DNA of 64,000 nt, from NCBI RefSeq assembly GCF_018977255.1, contig NW_024704742.1, forward strand, positions 64,482,001-64,546,000. The letters run 5' to 3'. This DNA comes from Callorhinchus milii. Lineage: Eukaryota. Of the stretch, positions 50,963 to 64,000 are shown one piece after another. Within the stretch, counting starts at the first letter, position 1. Each line of letters opens with the position of its first letter. The notes under the pieces are model-generated. The model saw only the letters and a list, made by a program, of their open reading frames with translations, was not told where the DNA came from and made no database searches. Both the position numbers and the translations under genes were made by a program.

Positions 50963-53210
50963 ACAACAACAACAAGATTCCATTTATAAAGCGCCTTTCA
51001 CGTCAGGAGGACGTCCCAAGGCGCTGCACAGTTGGGTCATGACCCGACAGGGGGGAAATGGTCAGGGTAAGGGGAGGGAAGGGAGGGAGCGAGGAGGGGG
51101 GAAATGGTCAGGGTGAGGGGAGGGAAGGGAGGGAGCGAGGAGGGGGAAGAGAGTCGAGAGGGGAGCTGAAGGCTCGGTCAAAGAGAAAGGTTTTGAGACC
51201 GGCCTTGAAGGAGGAAAGGGAGGAAGCGGCGAAGGCACTGGGGGATGGAGTTCCAGAGCCTCGGGGCTGAGAGGCTGAAGGCCCGGCCACCGATGGTAGG
51301 GCGGTTGGGGCGGGGGATGTGGAGCAGACCGGAGCCAGAGGAACGGAGGGTACGGGCAGGTAAGTAGGGGGATAGTAGGTCGGAGAGGTAGGAGGGGAGC
51401 GAGGCCGTGAATGGCCTTGTAGGTGAGGATGAGGATCTTGAATTCGATCCTCTGGGGGATGGGGAGCCAGTGGAGGTGAGCGAGGGTGGGAGTGATGTGG
51501 TCCTGGTGCGGGACAGTACACGAGCTGCAGAGTTCTGAATGACCTGCAGCTTGTGGAGGTTGGAGGAGATGACCTGCGCGGGGTGGCGGGGGGGACGGAG
51601 GAGTCGGGTTGTGGTGGAAAACAGTAGCCTGGGGTTGTTCTTCGCCTCCAGGATTATCCTGGAGTAGAAGGACGACTTGGCCGAGGCTAGAGTGGAGCGG
51701 TAGATTTTGAGGAGGTCCAGCCAGATTTGTCGGTGGACCGTTAGGCCAGATTTGACAAAGGTGCGTTCAGCGGCCCGCACCTGGCTTTTCAGTGAGCGGA
51801 GGTGGGTGGTGTACCAGGGGGAGGAGCGGGAGTAGGAGACAGTGCGGGAAGTGATGGGGGCAAGAGTATCGAGTGTGGAGGAGAGGGTATTGTGGAGGAG
51901 GGAGAGAGGAGAAGAGGGGTCGGTGAGGGTTGAAGGCCAGAGGGAGAGGAGTTCAGAGGACTCCAAGGCATCGGTTAGGGATTGTGGGGGTAACTTCTTC
52001 CAAGGGCGGTAGAAGATGGTGGTGGGTCTGGTGGAGGTGGGGAGGGGGGTGGAGGTGGTGAAGGAGATGAAGTAGTGGTCAGAGATGGCCTTGTCGGTAA
52101 TAGTGACATCCGAGACACTGAGGCCCCGGGTGATCACCAAATCGAGTGGGTGGCCGTGACTGTGAGTGGGGGAGTTTATGTGTAAGGAGAGGTTGAGTGA
52201 GGAGAGCAGGGAAGAGAAGTCTGTGGAGATGGAGCAGGAGGGGTGAAGTGTAGGTTAAAGTCGCCCAGGATGATGAGGCGATCGGAGCAGAGGCAAAGAG
52301 ATGTGAGGAGTGTTGAAATGTCAGAGATGAAGGTGGGAGAGGTTTTAGGGGGCCGGTAGAGGAGGAGGATTTTAAGGGAGAGGAATGAGGGGTGGGAGAG
52401 GGTGAGGTGCTCAAAGGAGGGGAAAGAGCCAGTGGAGTAGGGGGATAGGGCAAGTGGTGTCCTTGAGATAAGGGCAACACCACCGCCACGGCGGTTGGGG
52501 CGGGGATGTGGTGGGAGGTGTAGCCGGGTGGTGTGGCCTCCGTGAGGGGAAGGTGTCGCCTGGGGTGAGCCAGGTTTCCGTTAAGGCCATGATATCAACG
52601 TTCTCATCAAGGATGAGATCGTTGATGACCAGGGCCTTGTTGCAGAGGGAGCGGACATTTTGCAGTCCGATGTGGAGGGAGCGGTTGACAGAAGGGTGTG
52701 TGGGAGGGGAGGGGGGTCCAGGTTGTGAGGCAGGGGTGGGGGAATGGGGATGAGGGAGGAGAGGTTGACTCCCCGGGTCTGTGTCCGGGGTGGCTGGCGA
52801 GTGTGGTGGGGAATGGGGCAGTCGGTGTGGCTGCTGCTGGACAGCCAACGCCGAGTGCCACGGTGAGCCCGGCGGAGGATTCCCAGGCTGGAACAGAGGG
52901 AGGTTGTGGGAGGGTCAAGTGGGGATAGAAGACGAGAGGGACGGAGAGAGAGGAGGAGAGAGCGGGATAGATGCAGAGGGGGGAGGGTTTGGGGATAGAG
53001 AGGAGGGGGGAGCGGTGGAGGGGGTGAGGGGGCTCGGGTCAAAGCGGCAGCCATAGTGCGCACGCGGGGACCGGGAGCGAGCGGTCAGGTGGATGGCATT
53101 ATCCCGTAGATTGGGGCAGCGAACGCAACAGGACCATAGTGGGCTCTGATGTGAGCCCTGGGGGGGGGGGGGGGGCGCAGAGGGTTTTTTTTTTTTTTTT
53201 TTTTGCGCGC
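50963..53210 (-). mobile_element. young L2 element keeping its 5' region, APE endonuclease and 3' end but lacking RT
   Basis: GLQNVRSLCNK..MALTETW and ISDHY motifs; in-frame join near 51572 to HKLQVIQNSAAR; CpG-rich; 2 x 46-bp repeat and (TTG)n tail. Confidence 0.88.
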
Positions 53211-53334
53211 ACGCACCTGAAAACTAATCTATGACGTCGCAGTTATGGTGCAAAGTTTACAAAAGATCCCTAGGTTTCTTTCCTCTTCAGTTAATATTAT
53301 TGATGCAATTTACATTATCAATGTTGGAATACAA

Positions 53335-53617
53335 AAGTCACCAATAAATCAAATAGGGAAGTCATGAGAAACTTCTTTACCCAGAGAGTGGTGGCAATGT
53401 CGAACTTGCTACCACAAAGGGTAGTTTAGGTGAATAGCATAGATGCAATTGAGGGGAAGCTAGATAAGTATGAGGGAGAAAGGAATAAAAGGTTATGCTG
53501 ATAGGCTTAGTTGAGGAAGGACAGGAGGAGGCTCATGTGGAGCATAACCGCCGGCATGGACCAGTTGGGCCGAATGGCCTGTTTCTGTGCTGTATATTCT
53601 GCGTAATTCTATGTAAC
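53335..53617 (+). mobile_element. CR1 3' end fragment
   Basis: closely matches 8280-8560. Confidence 0.85.
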
Positions 53618-55089
53618 TCTTATCACTACAAACAGTACATTCATCCACATTTCTCCATATATAATGGTATTTCCCTATTATAATAATGAATGATCAAAAC
53701 CAGAATTTCAAGCCATAATCAGGAAGTGGAAATCTTACTGTATGCAGCCATATAATTTATGAGAACTTATTGGTAATTAATATTGTAATTTAATACAGTA
53801 TTTAGAGATCTAATCAAAGGTACGAGGGCTCCTCCAATTGCTCAGTGAATTTACCCAATGAGTGAATTACCCCATATGGTCCAAGAAGGTCCCAAGTTTG
53901 ATATGCAATGCAGTCTTTGCTGAATTAGTCATTCTGAGCGAGGCAGCAATCAGGCCTATCCAATATTTTGATTACATTTATCACTTCCTTGCTTCCCCCA
54001 GGGCAGCACCACATCTTTTGTAAACCAATTCTGTAAATAAAGTGGTGTATTGTCTGACAACAAAACACAGGCATAAAAAATAACCAACTAATTGTGCTTA
54101 AACCACACTAATACTATTACTAATAATAATACAACAATAATAATCCTTGCATTTGATATAACTCCTTATCATATCGTCAAGACATCTCAGAGCGCTTCAC
54201 AGGATACACCGTAAAGTGGATTAACCGTGTATTTTGTGGGCAAACCGCTAAATACTAAACATGAGTTAATGCAAATTGTGAATACTGGCTCCAGACATTA
54301 AAGTATATTTATGGTGATAAGTTAAACAACTTCAAATTCACAGCTTATAGCTTTCACACAAACTTTTCAAAGCTTGGGAAGTTCACAACAAGTCCCTTTA
54401 CAGCCCAATTTGATTGTGCAAGATCTGTTATGCCTCACACAAGTACCAGTGTCTCACTCTACAATATCTGGTCACAAAATCCCTCGTGGAAACCTTTCAT
54501 AGCTTTTGACAAAATTGGCATTTCTTCACAGTAAGAACAGTCCCACTATTTTTTTATATGAATGAATGTTCCACAGATGCGTAAACATCATAGATTATTT
54601 TAATGTGGGCCTCAAAACAGTAGGACATTTAAAACAAGACCTTATTTTTACACAGAAGTGCCTAAAACTTCCACAAATTAATTGATTTGATGCAGAACTT
54701 CCTAGTTTAGTCTGTATTCTACCAGCCAACCATGAAAATTCAAGAATTTTGCTGATGAGATATGAGGGGAAGAATTCCATCTGGATATAGATTTATTATA
54801 TTAGTACAGCACTTCAAAGTGTTCAGAATTTGGCAAATTCTCAAACACAGTTTTAATTTTGTAATCTACGAGTGCTCTTAAGGTGGTGTCAAGAGTTTTA
54901 ATAATAATCCTTGCATTTGATATAGCGCGTTCATAATACATCTTCCATAAATGTGATAATTGTGATCCAAAACATTATTTTGATCATGTACTATTTACAG
55001 TATTTAACAGTATGGCCAATGATTTTCAAATATGACTACTTCATTTTCTGTTTTTATAATTTTAACTAACTTTAAACTAACTTTTTGAG

Positions 55090-56538
55090 ATTCCTCAAAA
55101 AACCTTCCCTAGATCCCTCAAACCCCAGCCACTACCACCCCATTTCCAACCTGCGCTTCCTCACTAAAGTCTTAGAACGCGTTGTTGTCAATCAACTTCG
55201 CGCGTACCTCTCCTCCCACTCCCTCTTTGAACCCCACCAGTCCGGTTTCCGCCCACAGTTCAGAGACTGCGCTTGTGAAAGTCACAAACGACATCCTCTC
55301 TCTCTGTGACCAGGGCTCCCTCTGCCTCCTTGTCCTCCTGGACCTCTCTGCCGCATTCGACACAGTCAATCACGCCATCCTCCTCCACCGCCTTTCCTCT
55401 GGTCATCCACCTCAGTGGGACCGCACTCGCCTAGTTCGAGTCCTATCTCAAAAACCGCCAGTAGTATATCTGCATAAATGGCTTCTCCTCCCGCTCTCAC
55501 CCGGTTATCTGCGGGGTACCCCAAGGATACATCCTTGGCCCCCTCCTCTTTCTGATCTACATGCTCCCGCTTGGGGATGTCATCTGCAGACATGGGGTAC
55601 ATTTCCACATGTACGCGGACGACACCCAACTCTACTTTTCCACCTCTCTTTGTGACCCCCAGTCCCCTGATGTTCTGTCAGCCTGCCTGTCAGATCTCAG
55701 GGGCTGGATGAGCGCAAATTTCCTTCAACTGAACGTCGACAAGACAGAAGCCATACTCTTAGGCTCTCATCAACGTCTCAAATCCCACAGCTCTTACCTC
55801 CTCCACCTACCCGACCTCCCCCTAAAACTCTCCGAACCCGTACGCAACCTTGGCGTCAGGTTCGACCCCCAATTGTCCTTCCTCGCCCATATCCGGTCCC
55901 TCACCAGCACCGCTTTCTTCCACCTCCAACGCATCGCCCGTCTCCACAAATACCTCTCTCCGAAGGCCTAGTCCATGCCTTTGTCACCTCTCGGCTGGAC
56001 TACTCTAACGCCCTCCTCACCGGTCTCCCATCCACCACCATCCATAAAATCCAAATCATCCAAAACTCTGCCCCCCGCATTCTCACCCGCATGGAACTAC
56101 GTTCCCCGATCACCCCAGTCCGTGCCAGACTGCACTGGCTGCCTATCTCAGAGAGGATCGATTTCAAGATCCTCACCCTTGTATTCAAGTCCCTGCACTC
56201 CTCTGCACCCCCCTACCTCTCTGACCTCCTCTCTCCTCAAAACAGTACCCGTTGCCTTCGTTCCTCCGGGTCTGGCCTTCCCGAGTCCTCCGTTCCACCC
56301 TCAGCGGCCGTGCCTTCAGCCACTATGCCCCGAGGCTCTGGAATTCCCTTCCTCACTCCCGTCGCCTCGCTCCCTCTCTTCCTACTTTCAGGTCCCTACT
56401 GAAGACCTTTCTTTTCGACCGTGCCTTTGGTCACCTTCCTCCCCCTCCCCCTGGCTCAGCCCCGGGATTTTGTTACTGTGAAGCGCTCTGAGATGCCGTC
56501 CGGCGTGGAGAGCGCTATATAAATCCAAGTTGTTGTTG
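55090..56538 (+). mobile_element. L2 LINE, RT to 3' end
   Basis: [26 protein letters not shown] and LQLNVDKTE motifs; (TTG)n tail. Confidence 0.92.
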
Positions 56539-58559
56539 TCAATTAAGTGAGTTTAATAAGTCACCAGTTTGGAAAGGAGGAAGGAGTCAAACGATGAAAA
56601 GAAAATCAAGTTAAATAGTTTATATAGTTTATATCACAAAAAAAAATAAAGTAATAAAATAAATGAAAAAAATAAGTGTCTTGTCTGAAATCTAAAAAAA
56701 ATTATAAAATCGATAATGCACAATAAAATATGTGCTCCCCCATCTTAAAATCAGATTGGTGATTATCTTGTAAGTTTCACAAGTGGAAATAAAGATATAA
56801 GTTTATAAAGGCCAACTCAGCAAAACTGATTCAGCTGGCTGCAACTCAAAGCAGACCCTCTCTTTTTCATTTTGTGTCCGTCCCCAACAGCAGAAGTGCT
56901 ATCACTGGCAGATTCTTAATAAGAGTTTGCAGTATTACCTTCAAGCTAATTGTGCGCTGTCAAGTTTGTGGTACTATATTTGGTGACTTTTCTGTCTGGC
57001 CTACCACTGTTTATGATCTATATTTATTAAAAGAAAACATGAATTCCATTAATTGTATCTAGAATTTTATGCCCGAGCATATTTCATATCAGCAGCCTCA
57101 GGATATTTTAGAACTTGCTCTTTATAAATCTGAAATATTAACAATGCAATCTTGCAAAAGATTTCTCAATTTAAAGTAAACAGGTAATTCTTTACTAAAT
57201 TAAAGGATATTAAAGATCTTTACAAAACTATGGAGAATACTTCATATTATTATATGAGAATACTTTAAATAAATGTGAGAGCCATCAGAAAATACTGTTG
57301 ACACAACACAAGACTTCTGAGTTACACTGACAAAGTTAACAAGTTTTAGGCTTTTTTTTCTATCAAAATAAAATGTATTACATCTCAGACCACATCTCCT
57401 ATGAAAATGGAGCAGTAATACCAAATTTTAATTTTATACCTACAGAAGTCAATTTAATTTCCTTTACCAAGATTTTCAAACCAGTAAAGTAATCCCCAAA
57501 TATCCCAAATTGGGGCAAACTCTAGGATACATAGAACAGTACAATTTAATTATTCAACTCTTGCCATCCCACAAGTGAAATCCCAATTGTTTCAGGAACT
57601 CTAATAATAGTGCAAAGATAGTGTTCAATATCCTGTATGTATCCTTATAAATTTTCTTAACCACATTTGTCCAGCTTCTTTCTTAAAAAATTAACTAACT
57701 TTTAACTAACTATTAGCTAACTAACATCAGATGGCAACCTATTTTAACTAGTCACTGAAAAAAATTCTGATACCTTCTCTTGCCTGAGTCTCAATACTTC
57801 TACATAACTGAATACTGTTATCACCATAAATAAAGTGTTAATAAAATTAATTTCTTGTTGGAAAGTTTCTTGACATTTACACAAAGAATTCTATAACCTT
57901 ATCTCTTTAACAGCAAAAACATCTAACATTTTCATGATCAGAATCACTATACGAGAAGACGGATTGCTATCTTTCCCTTATTACAGCAATGTGAAGCAAA
58001 ATGATCTAAAACACTAACATAAGAATGACAGTGCGATCTAACTTGAAAAGTATTTCATATTGTTGTTCTTCTACATACCACTGATTTATGATGAACATCA
58101 CCGAGTTTAAAAGAAAACCTTCTTCTGGGCATCACGAAGTTGGTTTAGCAAGTTATTTCCATGAATAAAGCAAACTCGGCTTATACATGAGGCTTCACAG
58201 AATCAGTTTCCAGTAGTATGATGTTTGCGTACCATGTCCGTACATGTCGACCACAAAACTGACAATTTATTCATCATAATTACGCATAGCGACAGCAAAA
58301 GCCAGAAACTGTGAAGTAATCTGGCATTCATGTGAAAAGACTGAACACTTATGCCCTCTAGTTCCTAGTAAATTGAAATCATTCAATTTGCCTTCTTTAC
58401 ATATACCAAATCTGAACATTAATCTACACTTACAATTTGTCATGATTATATCAATAGTGCACATTCAGTCCTGCAGTTTGATGCAGTGTCATTCAGTAAT
58501 AAGCATATGATGCAGGATCCATAAGTATCAGCCTGCAATCCTCTATGATATCCAAAGAT

Positions 58560-58845
58560 GATTAGAGCACTCGCCTCACAAGCGAGAGTATCTGGGTTCA
58601 ATGCCTGAGCAGGGGGAACATTGTACATGAAAGTTTCCTTGCTAAGCACACCTCTGTTTACCTAGCAGTAAATAGGTTAGTCGATTGGCAGCTCGCTTTT
58701 CTGGGGGTAATAATCCCTTCAAAATAGTATTTTGCTCACAAAATATACAGTCAATTCACTTTACAGTATATTCTGTGAAGCACTTTGAGAATTCCCAAAG
58801 AAGTGATAAGGTACTATATCAAATGCAAGGATTATTATTATTATC
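58560..58845 (+). mobile_element. tRNA-derived SINE (variant, partly deleted)
   Basis: B box, family 3' half and (TTA) tail. Confidence 0.8.
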
Positions 58846-59861
58846 ATCATGATTAAGTCTGACAAATATGTCTGCAATGCTGGACCTCCAGCTCCTGGAT
58901 CGCAGCTTTCCACTACTGGAGTAATGAAGTACAGTAAGTTACTTACCAAAAGCAAAGACAGGGGAACCCTCCAGGAGAGCTTTTGTCTAGTTTGTGGGTC
59001 TACTGTGGACCATTGTTAACCAGAACAATGATAACATCTGGACTTCTGGAACTGCCTAGCCAACTTCCCCTGCTAGATCACTGATGATATATTTGCCACA
59101 TATATCTGCATATCTGTCCCTCGGTCACTGATGATGTGCATGTGTGCTTTGAATAGAAGTATCGCTGATATAATTTCCTGTACATGATGCAAAAGAATTG
59201 CTTCTGACATCACCTTTGGAAGGAAGATATATTGGTGGTGCTTCTTGCAGAAGGTGCTAATGTGTTCATCTACATGCTCCCCTGTGGTTACATCATTCGC
59301 AAACATGCAGGTTAGGTTCGACATCCAAATGACACCCAAATCTACCCTTGATTCCAGATCCACTGAAGTTCTGACTGACAGCCTGTTAGACATCAAGACT
59401 TGGATGAGCCTCAACTTCCTTCAGTTCAACATGGTCAAACGAAAGCCATTCTTCTCTGATCTCACCCATGCCTTCTTGCTTCCCGCTCAGACTTTTTAAA
59501 TGTTTCTGCTCTCCCAAACGCACAGAACTAGTGTGCAACATTGGTGTTCAGTTCAACCCTCAAATCTTTCCTCCCTCAAGCTCAATCTCTGACCAAGACC
59601 ACTTTTCTGCATATTAGCCACATAGCCACCTCCGTCCCTAACTCACTCCCAATGTGGCCAAAACTCCCATCCACACCTTCACCGTATTCAGACGAAACTG
59701 TAGCCTCAAATAGGATCCACTTTTGGGTGCAACTGTGGCTACAAACACTTGAATAGATAGAAATCAGGCACATAATTGTACCTAAGGGCTACTCCACATG
59801 TACCTCTCTTGTGATCTAGCATAATAATTATCAAAGTATAATTATCCTACCTCTCATGTAA

Positions 59862-60598
59862 TCTATATCTATTGTCTATCTATACTAATAAAACAACAAT
59901 ATATGTCTGTCTGTGTAGCTGTTTGTGCTTCAAGAAGGATCTCAATAACCAATTGACATAAAGACATGATTTATACCTCATCGGAAAGGTCTTACAGTTA
60001 GGAGTGACATGGGCATATTTGTCTGTATTTAAGTTTCGTGTTTTTCCATCGGATCAAAGTGCCGCTGTGGCGTCACAGCACACGAACATATGTACGCGCG
60101 CACTGCAGTTACACATGGTGGCCGAGCTGGCTGACCGTAGTTCGGTGGCATCCTGCGTCACAGAGATCGTACGTAGCCAAGCAGCGAGAACAAAATAAAG
60201 CACACAGACTAAGCTAAGCTGCGGCAACAGCAAAAAGATTAATTTTTTAAAGCGCATTTCACGTCGGAAGAACATCCCAGTGATTATAAATTATACATTT
60301 ATATTTATCATTATAAAATGCCTAAGTGAAAAACAAACCTTTCAAGGGTACGTAAAAATGCTAGACAAAAAAGAGAAGGCTCATTAAATGAAAATGAAGA
60401 ACAAAGAACAGCGTGGCTGCACTTCAATCCTGAAAGGACTGCAACAACGTGCCAAAATGAGTTGCCCACTGAAAGAACAGCACGGCCAGGAATCCTCCCA
60501 GAGGAATATACGTAAAGATGAAATGCCTGTTTGTGTGTCAATCTACATTCCATATTGGATCCTTTGGTTGCAAGCGTAGCTTCAATGGGTACAGCTAG
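59862..60598 (+). mobile_element. non-autonomous Helitron
   Basis: 5' A|TCTATATCTA..TCTATCTATACTAATAAAA; subterminal hairpin TTG(C)AAGC-GTA-GCTTCAA about 9 nt before the terminal CTAG|T; no TSD; CpG-rich interior. Confidence 0.8.
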
Positions 60599-62369
60599 TA
60601 ATTGCCAACTGTACCTGAGATCTCAAACCACTTTACAAAGTTTTTGAAAGGTGTACTGACAAAGTATTTGTAAATGAATGTGCCAATCAACATGCAAACG
60701 GCAATGTTCCAGAAACGGCCATGAAGTGAATGACCAATATTATTTGGGGGATTGTTCACAAGAAATACCGCAAGAAACTTCCTTCTCTTTTTGAAAGTTC
60801 CTTGGGATCTTTTGGAGGGGTACACCAATTACTGGGAGCAGGGACTCTTCTCACTCAGCTCGTGTTAATGCTGAAAGCCAAAGCCTTAACAGGAGGGAAA
60901 TCATGTCAGCAAAATGTGGTAATCACTAGTTAATTAGCCTCTGATTGGGGTTCCCAGACTAAGAGCAGCTATTACACAAGTCAGTTGCCCTGTGCCCTAC
61001 ATTATAAAAATGTACCTTCATATTTAACTATGTTCGTATTCTGAAAATATTTTCTCTACTTTTATAATATAAAACAAATTAGATTAAAAATTCATTGTGC
61101 TGATTATATTTCTAACATTTATAATCATTTCAATTATTTGAGAATTGGCTAAAAACCAATGTTTTTCTTGATTTGGACTCATTATCATTGAGGCTCCTTT
61201 TTAGTCTCATTACCGAATGTTGATGAATAAATGGAGGTTTTTGCTCTTTGGCCTTTTTTGATTTATATTGATAATCCTTTTCTTACCTCCAGACCCAGTT
61301 AGCCTTTTAAGGGCAGGAAAATGTTTCTGAGTTTCAGAAGCATGAATTTATTTGCTCTTTCTAAAAATCTTGGCATATTGTACAAACTGTGAAATTGTGT
61401 TTTACCTGGAGACGCTCACATCAGCCTCGGGGTAAATTTGTTGTAACTTATGTTATAAGGTAAATAATAGTAGAATATTACAGGAGAAACACGTCCAATC
61501 TTTAGGGAAAAAAAGTGGTTCCAAAAACAACAAATCACTGTGCAATACTTACATCAATGACACTTGAGTAAAATAGGAGAAAAATTAGAGATGTTGATGA
61601 ATTAAGAAAATTAATTTTAGTGGCAGTGAAGTGACCAGATTTTAATTCCTGACCATAAACTTGAGAACAATATGCTTTCCTCTGAACTTCCCTCATTGAT
61701 TAGATCTGCCAGAGCATAAATAGAAGCACTCCGAGACACTGCCCTGCCTGAATGTCAGACATTTTCGTTGCAAAGCTGAGACAAATTAGATACCTTCAGA
61801 CGACCACTACAGACAGACTGTTGGCCACACAGAATCTCTGTGGTGAGCTAATCAAGCCATTGTATAATATTACTATTATAATATTATAATATATATTGTA
61901 TAATCACTGGCTGTACAGAATGTAGAATGGCTCAGATCAAGCTGGAGAAAATAAGGCATTCCTATCAGAATGAGTGAACATATAATAATATAATAATAAT
62001 CCTTGCATTTGATATAGAGACTTTCACATCGGGAAGATAATAATAATATGTTATTACATGCCTATATAATATATATTATGTATGTAATATAGAATATATC
62101 TATGTATATATGTTAGTATATTATATATACAATCAGTTGTCTCAAAGCCCTTCAAACATTTACTGTATAGTGATTATATTTCTGTTTTTAGACAAACATG
62201 GGAGCTAATTTCTACATAGTAATCTCCCAAAGAAGACCACAAAGTAAATGATCAATTTTATCTTGGGGATTGCTGGAAGAAACTCCCTTTTCTTTTCAAA
62301 TGGTGCCATGTTGAGTAGTGGGCCGAATAGCCTTCTTCTGTTCTGCAATAAAATACCTGTGATGTCTTC

Positions 62370-62640
62370 AGCTGCCTTCAGCCTTCAGCTCCCCTCTCGA
62401 CTCTCTTCCCCCTCTTCGCTCCCTCCCTTCCCTCCCCTCACCCTGACCATTTCCCCCCTCCTCGCTCCCTCCCTTCCCTCCCCTCACCCTGACCATTTCC
62501 CCCTCCTCGCTCCCTCCCTTCCCTCCCCTCACCCTGACCATTTCCCCCCTGCTCGGGTCATGACCCAACTGTGCAGCGCCTTGGGACGTCCTCCTGACGT
62601 GAAAGGCGCTTTATAAATGGAATCTTGTTGTTGTTGTTGT
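62370..62640 (+). mobile_element. young L2 3'UTR fragment with 3 x 46-bp repeat
   Basis: same family as 33447-33822; TGTCTT on both sides as a likely TSD. Confidence 0.88.
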
Positions 62641-62739
62641 CTTTAACGTGCAACTGATGAGGTACATGGGACCACAGTTTAATGTCTCATCTAAAGAACA
62701 GCACATTCAACAAAGTAGCACTTCCCAGTACTGTATTGG

Positions 62740-63305
62740 ACTGTCAGCCTTACCAACTCTTCCCTTCACAAGCTGCAGATCATCCAAAACTCTGCAGCTT
62801 GTGTACTCTCGCGCACCAGGCTCTGCGACCCCATCACTCGCACCCTCGCCCGACTCCACTGGCTCCCCATCCCCCAGAAGATCGAGTTCAAGATCCTCGT
62901 CCTCACTTTCAAGACCATCCATGGCCTTGACCCCTCCTACCTCTCTGACCTACTGACTCTCTACCAACCTGCCCGCTTCCGCCATTCAGCAGGCTCCGGT
63001 CTGCTCCACGTCTCCCGGCCGACCCTCCCTACCATCGGTGGCCGGGCTTTCAGCCTCTTCTCTGCCCCCACACTCTGGAACTCCATCCCACGGTCCCTTC
63101 ACCTCGCTTCCTCCCTTGCCTCCTTCAAGGCCGGTCTCAAGACCCTTCTCTTCGACCGTGCCTTTGGTTGCCTTCCCACCTTTCTGCCTTCCCTCACCCC
63201 TACACCACCCCTCCCCCATGCTCGGGCCCCGACACCTGACTGATCAGCGCTTTGAGACGTCCCCCCGAAGTGAAAAGCGCTCTGTAGATGTAATTTTGTT
63301 GTTGT
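62740..63305 (+). mobile_element. L2 LINE 3' fragment
   Basis: [27 protein letters not shown] remnants and tail. Confidence 0.85.
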
Positions 63306-63763
63306 TAGCTCAGACTGAGTTCAAAGCCCCAAAGTGAGGCTTGACTCACAGGGGAGGATGCTGCCAACTGAGCCAAACTAACAAAAGACATAAGCAAAGA
63401 AATACTGCATATTCCCATATAAAATGAGTATTATATTCTGATTATTTCACTGCTGCAATTAACTCTCTTAATTAACCCTTTTTTTAAAGCCGATTTTATG
63501 GCCATTCTTTTAAACCGCACTTTTGGTCACTTTTCCCTTCTCTCCTTCCTCAGCTCCCCTCATCGCAGTTCAGGGTCCCAGCCAATTCTGTGAAGAGCAC
63601 TGAAATATCCTCCTAATATCTAAGGTGCTGTATAAATGTAAAATAGCTGTTGTTGTATGGTTGCTCACCAAATCCAGAAAAATGGAATACCTTTGCCTTC
63701 ATAGAAATCACCACAGTAACACACATAAATGTATATACCACAGGGGTTCAAAACAAGGCTGCA

Positions 63764-63796
<33 letters not shown>

Positions 63797-64000
63797 CAGG
63801 TCAAGTATCTCACAACACAAGTAAAAACTTGTGCAAGTGCTATGCAGCCAATAAAAGGCAAGGCAAAAAAGACCCTTTTTAAATGTACATGATTGGTACC
63901 TTCATGTGACCATTTTGTATATGTTTTTAAACATTTCACATGATCCGGCTGATCCTCTTCTTTTAACAGGAATGTATCTTTGTCTACCTCCCTTATAATG

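Noticed and set aside
53160..53204. G and T homopolymer runs as an assembly gap or processed-pseudogene tail
   Set aside because: They adjoin the 5' region of the L2 element and no retrocopied gene is attached; run lengths may be inaccurate
58941..59090. Strong gtaagt donor on minus
   Set aside because: No convincing ORF, acceptor or homology upstream
61287..61386. Exon-like segment on minus with an acceptor and a GAG|gtaaga donor
   Set aside because: Stop codon in the frame needed to join the micro-exon and no RGS12 similarity; could only be non-coding

Overview
Vertebrate genomic DNA, most likely a cartilaginous fish; this is inferred from the repeat landscape (Deu-domain tRNA-SINEs, L2 and CR1 LINEs). 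The window holds the 3' two-thirds of an RGS12 gene on the minus strand: 14 exons with GT-AG boundaries and consistent phases, running from a 22-nt micro-exon at 45.8 kb through the RGS domain and tandem Ras-binding domains to the GoLoco exon at 3.1-3.8 kb. The PDZ/PTB exons were not found and presumably lie beyond 64 kb. The introns are packed with retroelements. Highlights: (1) an apparently identical inverted copy of RGS12 intron/exon sequence at the left edge (1-265), broken mid-exon; (2) a decayed retrovirus-like provirus with a perfect tRNA-Lys(UUU) primer site, dual RNase H, no gag, and a protease-RT segment inverted between 6-bp inverted microhomologies; (3) a non-autonomous Helitron; (4) a candidate alternative first exon and other alternative splice sites of RGS12; (5) a young L2 family with a variable 46-bp 3'UTR tandem repeat and clustered 5' truncation points; (6) an old direct duplication flanking one exon; (7) an unclassified interspersed repeat.
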